A stretch of 64,000 nucleotides of DNA from Nitrosopumilus sp. (GCA_963667665.2 OY763927.2:1760001-1824000); one strand, 5' to 3'; shown: positions 9,706 through 19,272, counted from the first letter of the stretch. Made by a program: numbers and translations. The notes: a model not told the origin generated them from the letters alone.

Positions 9706-10317
9706 TTATGCTTCAAGTAATTTTGTTTCTTTGTCTGCGGTTCTGATGAGTTTTACTTTCTCAAGACCTACATGTCTTACTCTGATAACTTTCTTGAATG
9801 CTGCCATAATATCTGAATTTATTTTACTGTAACAAGTAGCTTGGACAAATTGATCAATTGTCATTTCTGGAACTGTCTTGTTAATTACGTCTCTAACAAT
9901 TAATCGAAGAGCATGTTGTCTAGATGTGTTTAATTGTCTATGGGTTAGAGCAATTACTTTTACTCTAAAGATGTATCCATCTTTTGTTTTGATATCCATA
10001 ATAAAATTAATTTTTGATGAACCACGTCTAACTAAACTACGCAAAAATTCTTTTGAATATTCAAATCTCTTGAAAATTGTTGATGCTTTTTCGCCATCAA
10101 CCTTGTCAATCTGAAAATACATTTTGTATTGGTGCTGTGAGGGATCTCCTTTTAGAATATCGTAAAGTGTTACTTCTAAAACCCTACCTACTGCATTTTC
10201 ATCATCTGTAATTGGAACATAAGCAATTGGGACAACGTTAAATGATTCTGGAGCATTTACTGTAACCCAGCGTTTTTCTCTCCACTTGTCTTTAGTACGA
10301 CCTTTTCTACGTGCCAA
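9706..10317 (-). CDS. rps3ae: 30S ribosomal protein S3Ae (eS1)
   Basis: KDKWREKRWVTVNAP..GRVLEVTLYD..RSLVRRGSSKI. Confidence 0.95.
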   Translation of the reverse strand: MARRKGRTKDKWREKRWVTVNAPESFNVVPIAYVPITDDENAVGRVLEVTLYDILKGDPSQHQYKMYFQIDKVDGEKASTIFKRFEYSKEFLRSLVRRGSSKINFIMDIKTKDGYIFRVKVIALTHRQLNTSRQHALRLIVRDVINKTVPEMTIDQFVQATCYSKINSDIMAAFKKVIRVRHVGLEKVKLIRTADKETKLLEA

Positions 10318-10357
10318 TTATTATCGACCTTTAAATCCAAAATATAAGGGTATGTTA

Positions 10358-11623
10358 CTAGATCTCTTTCTGATTTCCCATGTATCCCTGTAAAATTTGA
10401 GGAATTCTAATGTGTCCATCCTTTGTTTGAAAATTTTCCATTATGGATACTAAAACTCTAGTTGTAGCAACAAGAGTGCTGTTAAGTGTGTGGACATATT
10501 GTGTATCTTCATTTGTTTTATCCCTAAATCTGATCTTCAATCTTCTTGCTTGATAATCTAAACAGTTTGAGCATGAAACAATTTCTCTGTAGGCATTTTG
10601 TCCTGCCATCCATGCTTCAATATCATATGTCTTTGCTGAAACTTTTCCCATGTCTCCAGATGATAGAAGCATTACTTTATGTGGAATCTCTAATTTTTGA
10701 TAAAATTCTTCTGCAACTGTTAACATTTTTTCATGCTCATTCCAAGAGTCTTCTGGTCTTGAAAATACAAACTGTTCAATTTTATCAAATTGATGTACTC
10801 TGAAAATTCCTTTTTGGTCTCTTCCATGTGCACCTGCTTCTTTTCTAAAACATGGGCTGATACCTGCATATCTTATAGGTAATTCTTTTCCTTCAATAAT
10901 CTCTTTTGAGAGCATTGCTGCCATAGCATGTTCAGATGTTCCAATCATGTAGAGATCTTCATCTTCGACCTTGTAGATTACATCTTCAAAATCATCAGCA
11001 ATCACTGCTCCCTCCATTGACTCTCGATTAATCATGTAAGGTGGTTGAACAAGTGAATATTCTTTTTGTGAAAGAAAATCTAATGCATAGTGAATTAGTG
11101 ATTGATTTAATCTTACAAGATCATTTTTTAGAAAATAAAATCTGGCTCCTGCAACTTTTGCTGCTCTTTCCAAGTCAACCAAATCTAAATTTTCAGAAAT
11201 ATCAATATGATCACTTATTTTAAAATCAAAATTTGGTATACTTCCCCATTTTCTTATTTCTTTGTTAGCAGTTTCATCTATCCCAATTGGAACTGATTTA
11301 TGAACAAGATTTGGAATTGTTAGCGCCAATCTAGAATACGTATTTTCAATAGTTTCTTGTTCTGATTCTAATTTAGCAAGCTCAGCTGAGACATTTTTCA
11401 TCTGATCTAAAATTGATGATGCATCTTCACCTGCTTTCTTTTTTTGCGAAATTTCTAAAGCCACTTGATTTTTCTTTTTTCTTAATTCATCAGTTTTAAT
11501 TATAAATTCCCGTCTTTTTTGATCAAATTCTATTAATGCATCTAAATCAAAATCTACATCTCTTGCTTTGAGCATGTCTCGAATAATCTGTGGTTTTTCT
11601 TTGATTAATTTAGGATCTAACAT
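10358..11623 (-). CDS. serS: serine--tRNA ligase
   Basis: MLDPKLI coiled-coil arm, GTSE, CFRKEAG..RVHQFDKIE, EIVSCSNC, HTLNST. Confidence 0.97.
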   Translation of the reverse strand: MLDPKLIKEKPQIIRDMLKARDVDFDLDALIEFDQKRREFIIKTDELRKKKNQVALEISQKKKAGEDASSILDQMKNVSAELAKLESEQETIENTYSRLALTIPNLVHKSVPIGIDETANKEIRKWGSIPNFDFKISDHIDISENLDLVDLERAAKVAGARFYFLKNDLVRLNQSLIHYALDFLSQKEYSLVQPPYMINRESMEGAVIADDFEDVIYKVEDEDLYMIGTSEHAMAAMLSKEIIEGKELPIRYAGISPCFRKEAGAHGRDQKGIFRVHQFDKIEQFVFSRPEDSWNEHEKMLTVAEEFYQKLEIPHKVMLLSSGDMGKVSAKTYDIEAWMAGQNAYREIVSCSNCLDYQARRLKIRFRDKTNEDTQYVHTLNSTLVATTRVLVSIMENFQTKDGHIRIPQILQGYMGNQKEI

Positions 11624-11865
11624 TACTCAATCACCTTTAATGCAACCTGGACATGCTCTAATACTTCATCAATCGTTCCAATAAGTTGTTTCATGTTATC
11701 CTTACTTTCAAAATTAAAAACTAGTTTGTTATCAATATTTTCAACATAAAGACTCAATCCTTCTGGGAAATTTACATTATCAGGTTCTAGCGCTTTTTTG
11801 ACAGTTTCTGCTTTTTCTTTTGATATGTTATTGAGAACTACCTGAACTTGACACGTTAACGACAT
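11623..11865 (-). CDS. pcc1: KEOPS complex subunit Pcc1-like protein
   Basis: 80 aa with ALEPDN motif, in the conserved rps15-DHH-pcc1-rps3ae neighbourhood. Confidence 0.75.
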   Translation of the reverse strand: MSLTCQVQVVLNNISKEKAETVKKALEPDNVNFPEGLSLYVENIDNKLVFNFESKDNMKQLIGTIDEVLEHVQVALKVIE

Positions 11866-13249
11866 TTACTTCCAAATACTTTAGAAATTCATCCAATTTG
11901 TCTTTAGTTATTTTTGCTCCTGCGGCTGCATTGTGACCTCCTCCAACACCATCAACTTTCTTAGCACCCGTTCTCATTAATTCACTGAGATTAATGTCAG
12001 ATTTGCAACTAAAGGATTTTCTTGATGAAAACTTTATCGTATTTTCTTCAGCCTTGGTTCTCAAAATTACAATTTTTCCAGCATTTTTTGGAGATCCTGC
12101 AATCAATGATGAAATAGTTCCAGTCATTGTCTCAGGTACTATATCTTCACCATTCACCATTACACAAGTTTCGGTTTCTGAAATTCTCCATCTTTCATTT
12201 GATAAAATATTCATGTATTCTCTAATCTTTTTTCTATATTCTGTTAGAATGGTTTCACCCTCTCTTAGAATTTTATTTCTATCTCCCATACATATTGCCA
12301 TTCCAACACCCGAATGACTAATTCTCCCACATGAGTTTAGCATAGTTGAAAATTCCCTTCCATCTCGCAAGAAACTTCTCTTGTCCTCTCTTGGAAATGT
12401 ATAGGTATATCCAATTAATTCTGACATGATTTCAGTAGCGTTTTTTCCAGAAGTAAATTTAGTAATTGATTCAATTACTAGTCTTTTTTCTTCCTCATTT
12501 AGCTCTGCTGGAACTCTCCATCTTCCTTCATCTTTTAACTGAATTCCTGATGAATTAAGAAGAGAAAGACATGCATCTCTATTCCATGTTAAACCTTCGA
12601 TAAATGGCTGTGAGGTAAATGCTAAAGCATCCGGAAGTGGTCTAGTTTCTCTTCCAACTAATAATAAATCCAAATCAATATCTACTAAACCCTGTTCTTT
12701 GGCAATATTGGCAATCTCAAAATTCTTACCTGTAAATGATTTTCTTTCTCCTTGATCTTGTCTATCCCCTAATGCAGAAACAACTGCGATAGCTGACAAA
12801 TCTGAATTTTTCTCATCTAGTGCCATTGATGCAAGATATGCCATTCCACCTGCACAAATTTCAACTCCTCCATCAATTCCATATTTCCAAGCATTGATGA
12901 CATTTTGATTGTCTAACTCTTCTTCTGGAATTTGGTGATGATCTAAAATCACCCAATTATCTCCTAAGGATTCGTTTAGATCTTTTGCAAAACCTCCTCC
13001 TAGATCTGTCACTATGTGAAAATCTCGAGAATCTGTTTTGAAAGATTCTACTACTTTTTTATTAAATTCTTTTGATGTTCTAACAGTACATTTGGCACCT
13101 GCTCTGATTAGAGCTTTGGTAATAATACTTCCAGATGAAAGTCCATCACAATCAATATGGGTTGTGACAAAAATTGATTTTTTAGACTTTATACAATCTG
13201 AAATTTTATCTTTGAAAAATGAAAGTGACTCATCAAGTGATTTTGTCAT
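11828..13249 (-). CDS. DHH/DHHA1 phosphoesterase (RecJ-like)
   Basis: HIDCDG, ILDHH, GGGHNAAAG motifs. Confidence 0.9.
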   Translation of the reverse strand: MTKSLDESLSFFKDKISDCIKSKKSIFVTTHIDCDGLSSGSIITKALIRAGAKCTVRTSKEFNKKVVESFKTDSRDFHIVTDLGGGFAKDLNESLGDNWVILDHHQIPEEELDNQNVINAWKYGIDGGVEICAGGMAYLASMALDEKNSDLSAIAVVSALGDRQDQGERKSFTGKNFEIANIAKEQGLVDIDLDLLLVGRETRPLPDALAFTSQPFIEGLTWNRDACLSLLNSSGIQLKDEGRWRVPAELNEEEKRLVIESITKFTSGKNATEIMSELIGYTYTFPREDKRSFLRDGREFSTMLNSCGRISHSGVGMAICMGDRNKILREGETILTEYRKKIREYMNILSNERWRISETETCVMVNGEDIVPETMTGTISSLIAGSPKNAGKIVILRTKAEENTIKFSSRKSFSCKSDINLSELMRTGAKKVDGVGGGHNAAAGAKITKDKLDEFLKYLEVNVVNVSSSGSSQ

Positions 13250-13698
13250 TACTCTAATTGAGCAACTACGGATTTATATTTCCAGGTTTTAGGAATTCTT
13301 TCTATTCTTTTGTAGTAAACAGATAGTCTGTGAACTTTGGCTTCAATTAATTCCAAAGATCTAACATTTCTATTATCTCCCTTGTTTACTTTGAGGTGTT
13401 TTTGAAGACCTACTGCTCTTTTAACAATATTTTCAAGATCTTCTGGCATTTCTGCTTTCAAATCATTTTCTTCTAGAATCTCACCAATACTTTTTTTGGT
13501 AATTGATTTGATTAGAGGAATTGCGTGTTGATCTCTTAATTTATTTCCAATTTGACTAGGAGTTAATCCCTCTTTTGTGTATTTTACAACTAATTCTTCA
13601 ATTTCTTTGGAACTTAATGTTACCCAAGAAGGTGCACGTAGTGTTACTGGTCTAATAGAATGTGATTTCCCATGTCTATGTGTGTGCATTCGTCCCAT
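13249..13698 (-). CDS. rps15: 30S ribosomal protein S15 (uS15)
   Basis: MGRMHTHRHGKSHS..PSQIG..LRDQH..PEDL. Confidence 0.97.
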   Translation of the reverse strand: MGRMHTHRHGKSHSIRPVTLRAPSWVTLSSKEIEELVVKYTKEGLTPSQIGNKLRDQHAIPLIKSITKKSIGEILEENDLKAEMPEDLENIVKRAVGLQKHLKVNKGDNRNVRSLELIEAKVHRLSVYYKRIERIPKTWKYKSVVAQLE

Positions 13699-13823
13699 GA
13701 TTCAGCTGTTTAAAGAACAAAATTAAACGTTACTTATACTGATCTCGTACATTATGTAGAAAATTGGAGTTCAGAATAAAAGTTAAATAAGTCTCTGGCT
13801 TCAAAACGAACAGGTAAATCAAT

Positions 13824-14156
13824 ATGAATACAAAAGTACTTTTCGCAGCAATGTTAGTTGCTGTATTCACCATGGGTTACTATGCAGATAATTCAGTAGC
13901 ATTTGCACAATACATGGGTAGCGTTGGTTCAGGTGGCGAAACTGGAACATACACACTAGAAGAAGCACTAGAACTACAACGTCGAAGAATTGAATCTGTT
14001 GAAACAAATCCGGGAGCTGGTTCAGGAACTCCAGTTCTTAGTGCAGATGGTGTATTTGGCGCTGCTGCAATTTCAGCTGCAATCTTTGGTGGTATGGCCG
14101 GAGCATTATTCCTTAGAGGAAGATCTGGCAAATACGCAGCAATGGGTAGAGGATAA
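13824..14156 (+). CDS. amoZ: probable ammonia monooxygenase accessory subunit AmoZ
   Basis: Signal peptide (AFA|QY), C-terminal TM helix, position between rps15 and amoB as in other AOA; the Y/Z assignment is from memory of published architecture. Confidence 0.6.
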   Translation: MNTKVLFAAMLVAVFTMGYYADNSVAFAQYMGSVGSGGETGTYTLEEALELQRRRIESVETNPGAGSGTPVLSADGVFGAAAISAAIFGGMAGALFLRGRSGKYAAMGRG

Positions 14157-14263
14157 TCTATCACTTTTCTCTTTATTTTATTAGTCATCTTTAGTGTAAA
14201 CTGATCTCGTATTTTGTGATCCTAAAAGAAATGTATATATCGCACAAATAGAGCCAAAATATT

Positions 14264-14533
14264 ATGATTCCTATCGTAGGTACTTTTCTTAGCATTCTGT
14301 CATCAATTACAGGACAACTAGGACCAAACTATGATCCATTATTTTATGATGTAATGATTTACATCTTCGGAACCATAATGTTCACAGTATTCCTTCTTGG
14401 AATTATTTCATTCTGGTTACGTGTACACGGCTGGGCTTACAAAGACAACCGTGAGAGATGGGTCGACGAATTGGACAGACACTTTGAAAGAGAAGGTATT
14501 GGTCTGATTCCAGACAACGGTAAATACTGGTAA
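14264..14533 (+). CDS. amoY: probable ammonia monooxygenase accessory subunit AmoY
   Basis: Small TM protein in the amo cluster with amo-like codon usage and its own TATA box. Confidence 0.6.
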   Translation: MIPIVGTFLSILSSITGQLGPNYDPLFYDVMIYIFGTIMFTVFLLGIISFWLRVHGWAYKDNRERWVDELDRHFEREGIGLIPDNGKYW

Positions 14534-14632
14534 AAGCCCTTTTCCTCTTTTCATTATTTTTAGAATCTATTAGTTGAATATTCGTTAATTTAATTTTCTA
14601 AAAAACTTAATTTTTTACAAAGTCCAAAATTT

Positions 14633-15157
14633 CTAATTTTCTGGTGGAAGGAAGTCACTGTCTTTGGATTCATCATATGCCTTTGAGGTAAATATTCCCT
14701 TGTAGTGATATCCATCTTGTAATGGATGATTAATGAAATGAGGTGATTCTTCATCATTGACATACATTATTGATTTACTCGGATCCATGTCTCTTAGAGG
14801 AAAATCCCACATCCACAAAAAGTGGCCTATCTGAAATGGATATTCTTCTTCCCATTCTGCATAAATTGTTCCATCATTAGTTAACGTATACATGGTTCTA
14901 TGACATTCACCATCTGTCAATCCAATGTTAGCTGGAATGTCTGCTTTCTTACCATCAATTATCAACTCCAAAGTTGCTTTGATTTTGTATGGAGTTTCTT
15001 TATCATTAATACAAACTTTGAGAGGATTATCTTGGTTAAGTTGACCTTGAACCAGAGTACTTCCCAAACCTATTACTATTGCGATAATTGCAGTGATTGC
15101 TAGAAACTTTAGTGTCTTCTTACGTTTTGTAGGATCACCCATTCCAGGCCAAATCAT
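14633..15157 (-). CDS. conserved membrane-anchored hypothetical protein of the amo cluster
   Basis: N-terminal TM anchor, two Cys, IPANIG motif; lies downstream of amoB. Confidence 0.75.
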   Translation of the reverse strand: MIWPGMGDPTKRKKTLKFLAITAIIAIVIGLGSTLVQGQLNQDNPLKVCINDKETPYKIKATLELIIDGKKADIPANIGLTDGECHRTMYTLTNDGTIYAEWEEEYPFQIGHFLWMWDFPLRDMDPSKSIMYVNDEESPHFINHPLQDGYHYKGIFTSKAYDESKDSDFLPPEN

Positions 15158-15264
15158 AGTGATGAATTTGGATGGATTCCTTAAAGTCCTTTCTCTTACA
15201 TGATATTTGGTATAATTATTTGGTCTTGATTTTCTTTAATAAAAAATAATTTGATAAATTATGA

Positions 15265-15279
15265 TAATCATAATGATTA
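15265..15279. promoter_or_regulatory. palindromic operator-like site TAATCAT-A-ATGATTA
   Basis: 7-1-7 inverted repeat, overlapped by ATTATGAT-A-ATCATAAT (15258-15274); same half-site as 15952-15973. Confidence 0.45.
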
Positions 15280-15303
15280 CTTAGAAAATGAAAAGTGGGT
15301 TGG

Positions 15304-15873
15304 TTAAATTACTTGCCAGGGTCGTGTTGCAAACGTGATTACATATCCGACACCAATTATGATTGATTGGTATGCGATGTTGGTATATGGAATTGGTTTG
15401 ATTATTGGCTCCCCTTCAACGACAACTGTTTGACCTGGACCAAGTCCTGGACCTACTGATGCTACATTGAGTTGGGTGTGTACGTGATATACACCTTCTT
15501 CAAGTGCTTTTGCAGATAGTGTATATTCAAGGACAGCATTTCCTGGCATGTCAAAGACATTTCCTGGTGGGTCTCTTGCTAACATCTCCCATCTGTTTCC
15601 AGCATTAGTAGATTCTGAGAAAATGGATAACCATCCTCTTAGGTCTCTTTCTACAAGACTGACTAGAGTTCCTTGAAGTGTCAAGGTTTCGCCAGTTTGT
15701 AGGGATTGTCTGTTAAAGGTTTCATCTTCTATTCTGATGAAACGACTCTGAAGTTGTGCTTGGACACCGTGTGCATCTGCAGTTGGAAGAATGGATTCAA
15801 CCCAGTTGAAACCTAATGTTCCTAGGGCAAGTACAACAGCTAGTCCAAATACGAGAATCTTTTTTTCGACCAT
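15304..15873 (-). CDS. amoB: ammonia monooxygenase subunit B
   Basis: ADAHGVQAQLQSRF, YHVHTQLNV, ATRPWQVI archaeal AmoB signatures. Confidence 0.98.
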   Translation of the reverse strand: MVEKKILVFGLAVVLALGTLGFNWVESILPTADAHGVQAQLQSRFIRIEDETFNRQSLQTGETLTLQGTLVSLVERDLRGWLSIFSESTNAGNRWEMLARDPPGNVFDMPGNAVLEYTLSAKALEEGVYHVHTQLNVASVGPGLGPGQTVVVEGEPIIKPIPYTNIAYQSIIIGVGYVITFATRPWQVI

Positions 15874-15951
15874 ATTTATCCCTAATATTCAGAAAGACAG
15901 TGCACGTCGTTATATGTTTTACCTTCATAATGAGGATCGATATTCAATCGA

Positions 15952-15973
15952 TGTTAATCATTAATGATTAACA
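15952..15973. promoter_or_regulatory. perfect 22-bp palindrome in the divergent amoB/amoC promoter region
   Basis: TGTTAATCATTAATGATTAACA equals its own reverse complement. Confidence 0.6.
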
Positions 15974-16115
15974 ACCAAAATGGTAAAAAAACATTAAAAT
16001 TATTTCAATTTATATATTTTAAAATTAATTATTTTGAAAATTTTTCAAATATCTTACTAATAATTTCATAAAAATTTGCTTCTCCCAAATCTGTTACTTT
16101 ATATTCTGAATTTAC

Positions 16116-16691
16116 ATGATTAATACTATGGCACAGATGCCCGCATTAATCCCAAAAGAAGTTGAGATTCAGAGACTAAAGAAAGTCTGGCTCATCGTTA
16201 TTGCTATGGGATCTACTGCAGCATCAGTCGAAGTAGATAACTTCGTTGATGGTTCTCTACATCAGACTTCTATCAGAGATAGTGCATTTACTCCAGCACA
16301 CTGGTGGTTATATTCCCACTTCATCACATTACCACTTGGATGGGGAGCAGCAGCAATCTATGATAGAAAAATACCAATTCTTAGAGGTCCAAATAATTCA
16401 ATGAACACAGGTTTGAAGATGACCATTCTTGGTTACCTTGCAACTATGTTTACAATTGGAGTCAATGAGATGTGGCATTTCTGGTTTGTAGAAGAAATAT
16501 TTGCGGTTCCAAATCACTGGATGTTTAACATGGGTGTAGTAGTTGCATTCATGGGTGCACTTGCATACGTAGTCAGAGTATATGCTAGACTCGTAGAACT
16601 AGGTGCAGAGACTCCAGGTGAGAATCCGTATATTGCAGAGATGTACAAGATGGCCTTAGAAGGCAAATTGTACAGCAGATCAATTCCATAG
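16116..16691 (+). CDS. amoC: ammonia monooxygenase subunit C
   Basis: MAQMPALIPKEVEIQRLKK, DGSLHQTSIRDSAFTPAH, NEMWHFWFVEEIFAVPNHW. Confidence 0.98.
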   Translation: MINTMAQMPALIPKEVEIQRLKKVWLIVIAMGSTAASVEVDNFVDGSLHQTSIRDSAFTPAHWWLYSHFITLPLGWGAAAIYDRKIPILRGPNNSMNTGLKMTILGYLATMFTIGVNEMWHFWFVEEIFAVPNHWMFNMGVVVAFMGALAYVVRVYARLVELGAETPGENPYIAEMYKMALEGKLYSRSIP

Positions 16692-16809
16692 ACACAAAGT
16701 GCAATAGCACACTTTTTTCTATTTTTATTATTTTGATATAATCTAGATCGTATTACAACCGGCAGCCTAAGAAAGATTTAAAAGGATTCTGCATCAGAAT
16801 AAATTCATA

Positions 16810-17172
16810 ATGACTCTTCCTAAAGGATTCGGTTCTGGCGGCGGTGGCGGAGCATCAAGCGCTGACGTAGAACGAATGATTGGACGACGTGTAGAAAATA
16901 TGACCGGTATGATTACTATTTCATTCTGGGCAGCAATTTTGGCAACAGCAGCTGGAACAGCAGCAGGATATTTCTATTATCCATGGGCATATCCAACAGC
17001 AAGTGGTCACTTTGCATTTATCGTACTCGCAATCATTGAGGCAATAGGTTACATCTTCTGTGTTAAAGTCATGGAAGAAGGATCCAACAAGAATAGTAAT
17101 GGTATAGTTGGCGGTAGTATTGGTGGTGCAATTGTATTCGTACTCTTCGTATCAATGTACGTTGGATGGTAA
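16810..17172 (+). CDS. amoX: ammonia monooxygenase subunit X
   Basis: MTLPKGFGSGGGG.. membrane protein located between amoC and amoA. Confidence 0.9.
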   Translation: MTLPKGFGSGGGGGASSADVERMIGRRVENMTGMITISFWAAILATAAGTAAGYFYYPWAYPTASGHFAFIVLAIIEAIGYIFCVKVMEEGSNKNSNGIVGGSIGGAIVFVLFVSMYVGW

Positions 17173-17283
17173 CTAGAAGGAAATTCCTTCAGTCACATTT
17201 CTTTTTTATTTTCCTTTAAAATTGATATATCGATCTGAATTACACTCAATAATTTTATATACTGACCCCTTATTCTACAGAAT

Positions 17284-17934
17284 ATGGTCTGGTTAAGACG
17301 ATGTACACACTACTTATTCATAGTAGTAGTTGCAGTTAACTCTACACTGTTAACAATTAATGCAGGAGACTACATTTTCTATACCGATTGGGCTTGGACT
17401 TCATTTACGGTATTTTCAATATCGCAAACGTTGATGCTTGTAGTAGGTGCATGTTATTACCTAACGTTTACAGGTGTTCCAGGTACAGCGACGTACTACG
17501 CTCTAATTATGACAGTATACACATGGGTAGCAAAAGGTGCATGGTTTTCCCTTGGATATCCATATGACTTCATTGTAACTCCAGTTTGGCTACCATCAGC
17601 AATGCTGTTGGACTTAGTTTACTGGGCAACAAAGAAGAACAAGCACTCCTTGATACTGTTCGGCGGCGTACTGGTAGGAATGTCATTACCGTTGTTCAAT
17701 ATGGTAAACCTGATAACAGTAGCAGACCCGCTTGAAACGGCGTTCAAATATCCGAGACCAACATTACCACCATACATGACACCGATAGAACCGCAGGTAG
17801 GAAAGTTCTATAACAGTCCAGTAGCGCTGGGTGCAGGTGCAGGTGCAGTATTGTCAGTCACTATGGCCGCATTGGGTGTTAAACTCAATACTTGGACATA
17901 CAGATGGATGGCCGCTTGGTCAAAGTGGGACTAA
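17284..17934 (+). CDS. amoA: ammonia monooxygenase subunit A
   Basis: MVWLRRCTHYLFIVVVAVNSTLLTINAGDYIFYTDWAW..WSKWD, 216 aa. Confidence 0.99.
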   Translation: MVWLRRCTHYLFIVVVAVNSTLLTINAGDYIFYTDWAWTSFTVFSISQTLMLVVGACYYLTFTGVPGTATYYALIMTVYTWVAKGAWFSLGYPYDFIVTPVWLPSAMLLDLVYWATKKNKHSLILFGGVLVGMSLPLFNMVNLITVADPLETAFKYPRPTLPPYMTPIEPQVGKFYNSPVALGAGAGAVLSVTMAALGVKLNTWTYRWMAAWSKWD

Positions 17935-18124
17935 AACCCAACCTCTTCATTTTATTATCTTACTTTAGAGTATTCTAAGCTTAAATTTTCATTTAGATTA
18001 TCAACCTAGATTTAGGGTAATTTACGAAATTTGTATTTAAGCTATTGTGTGACTAGGAAAAAATTAGTTCGGGATCAAATTATTTTATGTCTTTCAGTGA
18101 TAATGAATTTTACAATAATCATTA

Positions 18125-18985
18125 TTGAAACAGACCTATAGCCTAATTCATGGAACTCCAAAACCATTTGTAAAATGGGCAGGAGGAAAACGTCAACTAA
18201 TTCCAATTCTTAATGAAAGTTTACCTGAAACTTTTGGTACCTATTATGAGCCATTTCTAGGTGGAGGAGCATTATTGTTTCATATACTAACTGAGCGAAA
18301 TGGGCAAAAATGTAACATCTCTGATCTAAACTCTGACTTGGTATTGGCCTATACTACTATTCGAGATAGAATTGATGAACTGATTTCATCTCTCAAAAAC
18401 CATGAAAGAAATTATCAAAAAGATTCAAAATCTTACTATTACTCTGTTAGAGATACCAATCCTAGAAGTGAAATTGAAAAGACATCTCGATTACTCTTTT
18501 TGAATAGGACTTGTTTCAATGGATTGTATCGCGTTAATAGCAAAGGAAAATTTAACGTACCTCTAGGAAAATACACAAATCCAAATATTGTCAATGAGGA
18601 GAATCTTCATTCTGTTAGTGATATTTTCCAATCAAGTAGAGTTTCAATAAAATGCCGTGATTTTGAGGCAGTTCTACGAGATGCTAAAAAAGGAGATCTT
18701 GTATACTTTGATCCTCCATATCAACCAGTTAGCGAAACTGCTAATTTTACAAGTTACACAAACAAGAATTTCACATTTGAGGATTTGAGCAGACTATCAG
18801 AACTTTGTATGAAATTAGATTCAAAGGGATGTAGAGTTCTTTTATCAAATTCTGATTCAAAAGAAGTTGCAGATATGTTTTCAAAGAAACCATGGAAAAT
18901 AAGAAAGATTCAGGCTAATCGTTCAATTAACTCCAACTCTAAAAAGAGAACCGGACACTTTGAACTATTGATTAAAAATTATTAG
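18125..18985 (+). CDS. dam: D12-class DNA adenine methyltransferase (Dam-like)
   Basis: KWAGGK, YYEPFLGGG, FNGLYRVN, FDPPY motifs; no cognate nuclease nearby. Confidence 0.9.
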   Translation: MKQTYSLIHGTPKPFVKWAGGKRQLIPILNESLPETFGTYYEPFLGGGALLFHILTERNGQKCNISDLNSDLVLAYTTIRDRIDELISSLKNHERNYQKDSKSYYYSVRDTNPRSEIEKTSRLLFLNRTCFNGLYRVNSKGKFNVPLGKYTNPNIVNEENLHSVSDIFQSSRVSIKCRDFEAVLRDAKKGDLVYFDPPYQPVSETANFTSYTNKNFTFEDLSRLSELCMKLDSKGCRVLLSNSDSKEVADMFSKKPWKIRKIQANRSINSNSKKRTGHFELLIKNY

Positions 18986-18986
18986 A

Positions 18987-19060
18987 AGCTTCGAACGGGA
19001 TCTGAACCCGTGACCTTTACATTACCAATGTAACGCTCTACCAGACTGAGCTACCGAAGC
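18987..19060 (-). tRNA. tRNA-Thr(GGT)
   Basis: Cloverleaf GCTTCGG..CGAAGC; anticodon arm TTACA-TTGGTAA-TGTAA. Confidence 0.95.
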
Positions 19061-19150
19061 ATGAATTTACGCTGTGGAAAATCCTTATAATTCTTCAGCC
19101 TTCTGCCCATCCTCTAAACTGTTAAATTTCACACAGATTTTTACTCTTTT

Positions 19151-19272
19151 GGAGGAGTAATCAAGCCTGGCCAAAGTAAGCACTTTGTGCTTTTGGACAT
19201 GCAGGACTTAAGATCAAATAATGGGTGATCCTGTCTTTCAGGAGTTCGCGGGTTCAAATCCCGCCTCCTCCA
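19151..19272 (+). tRNA. tRNA-Leu(TAA) with two introns (19177-19198 in the D arm, 19213-19227 at 37/38)
   Basis: Acceptor GGAGGAG/CTCCTCC, CAGGA-CTTAAGA-TCCTG after splicing, long variable arm; BHB-like motif around intron 1. Confidence 0.9.

Noticed and set aside
15975-16075. Extremely AT-rich tract as a replication origin
   Set aside because: No cdc6/orc1 nearby and no recognisable ORB boxes; explained as the divergent amoB/amoC promoter region.
18125-18985. Dam-like gene as part of a type II R-M system
   Set aside because: Flanked by amoA and a tRNA with no endonuclease gene; treated as an orphan methylase.
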